DNA of 64,000 nucleotides from an uncultured delta proteobacterium (lineage in GTDB: Bacteria > Desulfobacterota > Binatia > Binatales > Binataceae), in contig CAWDFL010000003.1 of the NCBI GenBank assembly GCA_963801665.1, positions 1,757,748-1,821,747 of the forward strand, written 5' to 3'. Positions 58,023-64,000 of this stretch are shown piece by piece. How positions within the stretch are numbered: the stretch's first letter is position 1; every line of letters starts with the position of its first letter. A program made the translations under genes and the position numbers. The notes under the pieces were generated by a model that saw nothing but the letters and a program-made list of their open reading frames with translations, was not told the origin of the DNA and did not search any database.

Positions 58023-60035
58023 TCAGAGGTGGATTTCCGCTTCGGCCTCGGCCAAGTAGGCACGATACTCCGGCGATGACTGGAGCAATTCCGTATGACT
58101 GCCTTCGCAGGCCACAGTTCCGCCGTTTATGAAAAGCACGCGGTCGCACGCCGCGAGCGTGTTCGCACGATGCGCGACGATTACGACAATTCGCGTCCGT
58201 GCGAGGCTGCGCAGCGTTGCCATCAGTCCGGTTTCGCTGGCCGGATCCAGCGGCGCCGTCGGCTCGTCGAGAATCAACACGTCCGGACTGCGCAGGATCG
58301 CGCGCGCAATCGCGATGCGCTGCTTCTGCCCGACCGAAAGCCGCGCGCCGCGCCGCCCGAGCATCGTCGCGTAACCGTTCGGCATCTTCTCAATAAACTC
58401 CGCCGCACCCGCCAGCGCCGCGACGGTCCGCACTTCCTCGTCGCCGGCGTGGCGATGGCCGTAACGGATATTGTCGCCGATTGTTTCGGAGAAGAGCGCT
58501 TCCTGCTGAAAGACAAAACCGATTCGGCTGCGGATCGTGTCGGGCGCGAAACCGCGGGCATCCTTGCCATCAAGCAAAATCTCTCCTGAGGTGGTCTCGA
58601 TGAATCTCGGAATCGACAGGATGAGCGTGGTCTTGCCCGCGCCGCTTGGTCCCGCGATCGCGATCATCTTGCCCGAACGCAACGTGAACGAGACGTTCTC
58701 CAGAACGGATTCCGCGGCTGTATATCCGACCGCCACGTCGCGCAGCGCGATTTCATTTATCGATAACGGCGCGGCGCTCCCGTCGAGCGGAGCCGGCGCC
58801 TCGGCGAATCCGTCGAGGACGCTATGAACCCGGCGCAATCCCGCGACGGCCGGCTGGACCGCCGCCCACGTGCCGCCGACGGTGGCGGCAGGCTTGGAAA
58901 GCATCATGCCGTAGCTGAGCAGCAGGACCACGTCGCCGAGCGTCATAGCGTGGTGGATGACTTGCATCATCAGATAGTAAATCGCACCAATAGTGAGCGC
59001 GGCCGTCGCGGGCACCAGCACGAGAGTGAGCGCCAACCCGATCGCCAGCATCTTGAGTGCGGCGCGATACGAGCCCCAGCTCGCTGCATCGACGGCGACC
59101 GCCTCGCGATTCTCGGTGCCGAATGCCTTGATGAGGCTGACTTGCGCAAGCCGCTCCTCGAACGCTGCCATCACGTCGCTGCCGCGCTCGCGCATGTCCT
59201 GGCTCTGGTCGCGCAGCAGCCGGCCGAAGATCGCGGCGCCGATCGCGATTACTGGAAGCGACAGCGCCGCGAGAATCGGTATAACCCGCTCCGCGGGAAA
59301 CTGCATCCACAGCACGATCAGCGCCATGACAAACATCACGATCGACATCAGCGGCCCGAGCACCGCAGTGTAGAGAACCGCGCCAATCGACGCGCTGTCG
59401 TGCATTACGCGGAACACGGCGTCGCCGAGTTTCTGATCCGCGAACAGGCCGAGGCGCGAGCGCAGGAAGCGCTCATAGATCGCGGTGCGCACGCCCTGGT
59501 TGATGCGCTGAGTCAGATCGAGCGTGATCAGAACTTCGTAGTAACCGAACAGGCCGTTCCACAAGCTCCATCCGTCGTTCGCGGCGTTCTGCGAGAAGCC
59601 GGCCTGGTCAAGACCGCCGCTATCGACCCCGGTTACGAGCTCGTCAGAACGGTCGCCAACCATCCCGACCGAAATCGCCGCGAAGATCAGGAACGCGCAG
59701 AGCACGAACAGCAGCGACATCCGGTTGGTCCCCGCCAGCGGCAACAGGAGCATCGCCGGCAATCCGGTCAGCGGACGGCCGTCGATCACGTTGTCGATGA
59801 TGATCTTGAGCGGCCACGGCGTGAGCAGAAAAAATGTCAGCGAAAAAAATGCGAGGATGCATTTCAGATAAACCAGGCGCCGATGCTCGGCGATAAAAGG
59901 CCAGCTCTTGATGAGCAGGCGCGCGGCGCCGATCGGGCCGATCGATTTGCGCTCGGCCGAGTAGAGATGGCTTTTGCGCGAATCGGCGCGCGCGCCGTTT
60001 TCCGGCGCCGGGGTGCGCGCGAGAGTGCTAGCCAT
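58023..60035 (-). CDS. ABC exporter, fused permease-ATPase (MsbA/MdlB type), subunit B of a heterodimer
   Basis: Six-TM exporter domain plus NBD with Walker A GPSGAGKTT, signature LSVGQKQR, Walker B ILILDEPT. Confidence 0.85.
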   Translation of the reverse strand: MASTLARTPAPENGARADSRKSHLYSAERKSIGPIGAARLLIKSWPFIAEHRRLVYLKCILAFFSLTFFLLTPWPLKIIIDNVIDGRPLTGLPAMLLLPLAGTNRMSLLFVLCAFLIFAAISVGMVGDRSDELVTGVDSGGLDQAGFSQNAANDGWSLWNGLFGYYEVLITLDLTQRINQGVRTAIYERFLRSRLGLFADQKLGDAVFRVMHDSASIGAVLYTAVLGPLMSIVMFVMALIVLWMQFPAERVIPILAALSLPVIAIGAAIFGRLLRDQSQDMRERGSDVMAAFEERLAQVSLIKAFGTENREAVAVDAASWGSYRAALKMLAIGLALTLVLVPATAALTIGAIYYLMMQVIHHAMTLGDVVLLLSYGMMLSKPAATVGGTWAAVQPAVAGLRRVHSVLDGFAEAPAPLDGSAAPLSINEIALRDVAVGYTAAESVLENVSFTLRSGKMIAIAGPSGAGKTTLILSIPRFIETTSGEILLDGKDARGFAPDTIRSRIGFVFQQEALFSETIGDNIRYGHRHAGDEEVRTVAALAGAAEFIEKMPNGYATMLGRRGARLSVGQKQRIAIARAILRSPDVLILDEPTAPLDPASETGLMATLRSLARTRIVVIVAHRANTLAACDRVLFINGGTVACEGSHTELLQSSPEYRAYLAEAEAEIHL

Positions 60036-61911
60036 GACGCACCTCGGAGATTGGCGCGCCGCCAGCCTCGAGGCTGTCGCCTGGCTCGATTTTTCCTGCC
60101 GTGATTCTGAACGAGCGGTCCGCGCGGGCCGCAGTGCTACGTCGATGGGTTACGACGATCGCCATCCTGCGTTGAGGCGCCTCGGCGATCCATTCGCGAA
60201 CCCCGAGCATCACGCTCTCTTCGGTCGCGGCGTCCAGCGCCGAGGTCGGCTCGTCGAGCATCAGGATTGGCGCGTCGCGCAGCAGCGCTCGCGCAAGTCC
60301 GATGCGTTGTGCCTGCCCGATCGAAAGCTTCGAGCCCTTCTCGCCGAGCATGGTTGCGAGTCCTGAAGGCAGCGAGCGGACGAAATCGCTCAAACCCGCG
60401 CGGCGAATAGCGGTCGCGACTTCTGCCTCGGAGGCATCGACGCGTCCATATGCGACGTTGTCGCGGACACTGGCGGTGAAGAGCGGGTTCTCCTGCAGCG
60501 CGACCGACAAACATCCGCGCCACGCGACCAGATCAAATTCGCGCAAGGGCGTGCCGTCGAGCGTGATTCGTCCCGACGACGGTTCATAGAATCGCAGGAG
60601 CATCGCGATGATCGTGCTCTTGCCCGCGCCGCTCGGACCGGCAAGCACTGTGATCTCGCCGACCCGCGCCTCGAACGTCACGCCCGATAAAACTGGCGCG
60701 GCCGCGTCGTAGCCGAAGCTCACGTCTTCGAACGCGAGCGTTTGAGGGGAAGCGGGCGGAAGACGATCGCCGCTTAAGATTTTTTCTTCGGGAGGCATCG
60801 CGATCATCTCGAGTACGCGCGCCATCGCGACCGCGACATCCTGCAGGCTGCCCCAACGGTTGGCGAGCCGGCGCATCCGATTGCTCATTCCCGCGAAGAC
60901 CCCGAGCGATCCCTGGAAGAAACCCAGCGAGACCGCGGCGTGGACGAACCCCACGGTGCCGCCGTGCAGGACTTCGCGCGCGCCGATGTATAGCGCGGCT
61001 ACATACGCGAGGCCGCGCGTGGTGTTGTTCCAGACACGATACCGCGCGAACATCAGGCGCGCGTGGCGCGCCGCAATGAACGCGTTCCAGTTGTCGATCG
61101 CGTAACGGCCGCTCTCGAATTGCTCCTGGCCGAAGGCCTTTACCGCTTTGATCGACGAGAGCGTTTCCTCGATTCGCGAGGTCGCCTGCGACTCGGCTTC
61201 GCGCGCGGCGCGAAAGGCTGGGCGCAGATGGTTGCCGTAGAACCATGCGAATGCGAAATCGACCGGCAGCAGGATAAGCGCGATACAGCCCATCGCGCCG
61301 TTAAACATGAACAGCCACACGAAATTGGCAAGCGCGTACGGCAGGAAGCGAATCGGCTCGATGACCAGGCCGTCGATCACCTGCGGGATTGCGGCGGAGT
61401 CCTGAAACATCCGGAAGATTGCGTCGCCGATTTTTTCTTCGGAATGAAAGCGCAGGCTGAGCTCCTGCAGGCGTGCGTACAGATTGACGCGAAACAGATT
61501 CGAGATCCTCTGCAGAATCCAGACCGCATAACCGAGCATCAACGCGCCGTATGGAGCCCCAATTGCCGTTGCGATTCCCGAGGCGATACACGCGTGCCAC
61601 AGGATCACCTGGCGCGAGGATCCGGGTGGCACCCTGAGCACCCACGCTTCGCCTGCCGTGAGATGCTTGCCGTGTCCGACAACGTCGAAGAGCACGCGCA
61701 CTATGTGCAGCGCGAACAGGCCGACCGGCAACGCGGGAATCATCATCAGGAACAGAAACAGCAGATGGCGGCGATACGGACGGATGAACGGCCACGCGCG
61801 GCCGAGCAGGCGAAACACGTCGCGCGAAGCCAGATTCCCGGGTTGAGCGAATGCTATTTCATCGATCGGCGGCGGAGTGATCGCCGCTGCGATGTCGGAT
61901 GGGTCTGCCAT
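60028..61911 (-). CDS. ABC exporter, fused permease-ATPase, subunit A
   Basis: Walker A GPSGAGKST, signature LSIGQAQR, Walker B ILMLDEPT; 8-nt overlap with the downstream partner gene. Confidence 0.85.
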   Translation of the reverse strand: MADPSDIAAAITPPPIDEIAFAQPGNLASRDVFRLLGRAWPFIRPYRRHLLFLFLMMIPALPVGLFALHIVRVLFDVVGHGKHLTAGEAWVLRVPPGSSRQVILWHACIASGIATAIGAPYGALMLGYAVWILQRISNLFRVNLYARLQELSLRFHSEEKIGDAIFRMFQDSAAIPQVIDGLVIEPIRFLPYALANFVWLFMFNGAMGCIALILLPVDFAFAWFYGNHLRPAFRAAREAESQATSRIEETLSSIKAVKAFGQEQFESGRYAIDNWNAFIAARHARLMFARYRVWNNTTRGLAYVAALYIGAREVLHGGTVGFVHAAVSLGFFQGSLGVFAGMSNRMRRLANRWGSLQDVAVAMARVLEMIAMPPEEKILSGDRLPPASPQTLAFEDVSFGYDAAAPVLSGVTFEARVGEITVLAGPSGAGKSTIIAMLLRFYEPSSGRITLDGTPLREFDLVAWRGCLSVALQENPLFTASVRDNVAYGRVDASEAEVATAIRRAGLSDFVRSLPSGLATMLGEKGSKLSIGQAQRIGLARALLRDAPILMLDEPTSALDAATEESVMLGVREWIAEAPQRRMAIVVTHRRSTAARADRSFRITAGKIEPGDSLEAGGAPISEVRHG

Positions 61912-62017
61912 TTGCGATCCACCGACGATGATAACCGTCGCCGAAGTGGTCCGTAAAGACGGGCGCGTGCTAACCTCGCGTCGCGCTGCACGCAAATCAC
62001 TGCACCAGGAGTTCACG

Positions 62018-62824
62018 ATGCCAGCGGTAAATTTCGAGACACGCAATCATATCGCCTACCTCACGCTCAACCGGCCCGAGGTTCACAACTCTTTCAATCC
62101 TGAAACGATCGTGCGCCTCGGCGAAGCGTGGCAGCAGATCAGTACCGACGACGACGTGCGCGCCGTGATTATCACCGGCGCGGGCAAAGTCGCGTTCTCC
62201 GCCGGCGCCGATTTGGGCAAACTCATTCCGCTCTTTACCGGCGCGCGCAAGCCGTCCGACGAGTGGGATGAAAAGCTGCTCGCGAAACGAAAGCTTGGCG
62301 ACATCGCGATCCTGCGCAATTTCGATCTCGATAAACCAATCATCGCGGCGGTGAACGGTTTCTGTATCGCCGGCGGCATGGAACTGATCCAGGCGACGGA
62401 CCTGCGCGTCGCTTCGGACAACGCGAGCTTCGGCCTGCAGGAGGTCAAGTGGGCGATCATTCCTGCGGCGGGATCGCTCGCGCGCCTGCAGCGCCAGATT
62501 CCTTACTGCAAGGCGATGGAGATCCTGCTGACGGGAAATCGAATCGACGCGCAGGAGGCGTGGCGGCTCGGACTGGTGAACTACGTGGTCACGCAGGACA
62601 AGCTGATGGCGAAGGCCGAGGAGCTGGCCGCGACAATCGCCGCCAACGGACCGCTCGCAGTGCGCAAGATCAAGGAGGCGGTGCGGCGCACATCGGGGCG
62701 TCCGCTGGAAGAAGCTTTCAAGATTGAGAACGAATGCGCGCGCGAAGTAATGCGCTCCGAGGATGCAAAGGAGGGTCCGCGCTCATTCATGGAGAAGCGC
62801 AAGCCCGTCTATAAGGGCCGATAA
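62018..62824 (+). CDS. Enoyl-CoA hydratase/isomerase (crotonase) family
   Basis: ITGAGKVAFSAGADL and AAVNGFCIAGGMELIQATD motifs. Confidence 0.85.
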   Translation: MPAVNFETRNHIAYLTLNRPEVHNSFNPETIVRLGEAWQQISTDDDVRAVIITGAGKVAFSAGADLGKLIPLFTGARKPSDEWDEKLLAKRKLGDIAILRNFDLDKPIIAAVNGFCIAGGMELIQATDLRVASDNASFGLQEVKWAIIPAAGSLARLQRQIPYCKAMEILLTGNRIDAQEAWRLGLVNYVVTQDKLMAKAEELAATIAANGPLAVRKIKEAVRRTSGRPLEEAFKIENECAREVMRSEDAKEGPRSFMEKRKPVYKGR

Positions 62825-62840
62825 GAGGGCAGATGACCGC

Positions 62841-63842
62841 CTACGCGCCGGCGAGCGCGCGCATCGTCGCGGTGTAATCGCGCGTGAAGGTCGCCGCCGG
62901 TCCGATGGGAAACACCACGGGATGGGTCACGCCCGCGGCGCGGAAGCGCGCGATAAATTCGCGTCCCATGTCGGAGGTTCCAAACGTCGCAATCTTTTTT
63001 GCGTTCGCGTCGCTGATCGCGCCGGGAGCCTCGTCACGCTTGCCGAGCTGCCACAGCCTGCGCACCTCGGCGAATTCGTCTTTGAGTCCGTAGCGCGCGA
63101 ACATCTTGTTGTAGCTATCGACGAACGCGTAGCCCGCGAGCTCGCGCTTGAATGACTGAACCGCCTTGTCCACGTCGGGTGTGATGCACATGCGCGCGTA
63201 GATTCCGATATCGACGCTCCCCGCCGCGCGGCCGTGCGCTTCGCCGGCGCGAATCTCCGCGATCATCGGCGCCACAGCGTCGGGCGGCGAGTAGTTCATC
63301 AGCACGCCGTCGGCGATTTCGCCCGCCAGCCGCAGCATCGGCGCGTTCAGCACCGCGAGATAGATTCGCGGTGGACGCGGCGCGCTGATTCGCATGCCGA
63401 GCCGGAAATCGGACTTGTAGACTTCGCCCTGAAACTTCGATCGCCCCTCGGTGAAGAGTTGGCGCATGATTGTCACGCACTCGCGCATCGCGGTGACCGG
63501 CTTGCGATACGCCAGGCCGTGCCATCGCTCGACGATCACCGGGCTCGACACGCCCAGCCCCGCGATCGCGCGGCCCTGCGAGTATTCGTTGATCGTCAGG
63601 AAGCTCATCGCCATCGCGCCGGGAGTACGAATCTGGATCGGAATCACTCCGGTCGAGAGATCGACCTTGCTGGTGTTGAGCGCGAGTGCGCCGAGGCTGA
63701 CCAGCGCGTCGGGGCCGGAAACCTCGGCGACCCAGAGCGACGAGTAGCCAAGCTCTTCGGCCTCTTTGGCGACGGCCAAGCGTTCGCGGACCGGGCCGCT
63801 GCCGAGCGAAATTTGCAGTCCAAGCTTTGCGGGATCGGGCAC
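62841..63842 (-). CDS. LLM-class (luciferase-like) F420/flavin-dependent oxidoreductase
   Basis: LLM TIM-barrel conservation; GTG start at 63842 preceded by AGGAGA RBS; window ends in its upstream region. Confidence 0.8.
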   Translation of the reverse strand: MPDPAKLGLQISLGSGPVRERLAVAKEAEELGYSSLWVAEVSGPDALVSLGALALNTSKVDLSTGVIPIQIRTPGAMAMSFLTINEYSQGRAIAGLGVSSPVIVERWHGLAYRKPVTAMRECVTIMRQLFTEGRSKFQGEVYKSDFRLGMRISAPRPPRIYLAVLNAPMLRLAGEIADGVLMNYSPPDAVAPMIAEIRAGEAHGRAAGSVDIGIYARMCITPDVDKAVQSFKRELAGYAFVDSYNKMFARYGLKDEFAEVRRLWQLGKRDEAPGAISDANAKKIATFGTSDMGREFIARFRAAGVTHPVVFPIGPAATFTRDYTATMRALAGA

Positions 63843-64000
63843 AGAATTCTCCTGAGGATTGATGGAGTCCCGCGATTGTTGCGCGAACACTCCGAAGCCG
63901 CAAGCTGACGCGCGTTCTGGACGAAAGCGGGCGCATCTTATAAGAGAGCAGTCGCGCAAAGGCAAAAGGAGCGTCGCGCATTGAATCCTTTCGCGGAATG

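Overview
High-GC (~65-70%) bacterial chromosomal window with about 60 protein-coding genes. No rRNA, tRNA or CRISPR array was found. It contains a conserved core block (rpmE, prfA, prmC, murA, hisD, hisB, hisA; alaC-like aminotransferase, hom, thrC, apgM-like, glpX). Most of the rest is acyl-CoA metabolism: two family-III CoA transferases, three crotonases, two acyl-CoA dehydrogenases, a split B12-dependent acyl-CoA mutase, two LLM-type oxidoreductases, an aldehyde dehydrogenase, and TetR-regulated Rieske, diiron and FAD oxygenases. The more unusual content is:
- a minus-strand signalling cluster: multi-TM tandem-FHA protein, double-zinc-ribbon membrane protein, Hanks Ser/Thr kinase, BON-domain ORF, PHP phosphoesterase
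- a PfkB-kinase/KdsD-type SIS-isomerase fusion co-transcribed with a DapA-family pyruvate aldolase, which I infer is a 3-deoxy-ulosonate (Kdo-like) catabolic module
- a thr operon in which an apgM-family phosphoglycerate-mutase homologue sits where thrB is expected
- three AT-richer islets: an orphan Flp pilin; a small gene with a textbook sigma70 promoter; a lipoprotein plus Cys-rich lipoprotein islet
- at least two families of palindromic REP/MITE-like elements, one of which supplies the last codons and stop of the Rieske gene
- a sigma70-promoter / 22-codon-leader / intrinsic-terminator unit upstream of an MFS transporter
- several apparent +1/-1 frameshifts splitting otherwise intact genes (NDP-forming acyl-CoA synthetase, MFS transporter, Cys-rich lipoprotein, possibly kinase/BON)
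The ORF track marks GTG/TTG starts as M. Many long arginine-rich ORFs antisense to real genes were discarded as GC-driven artefacts.
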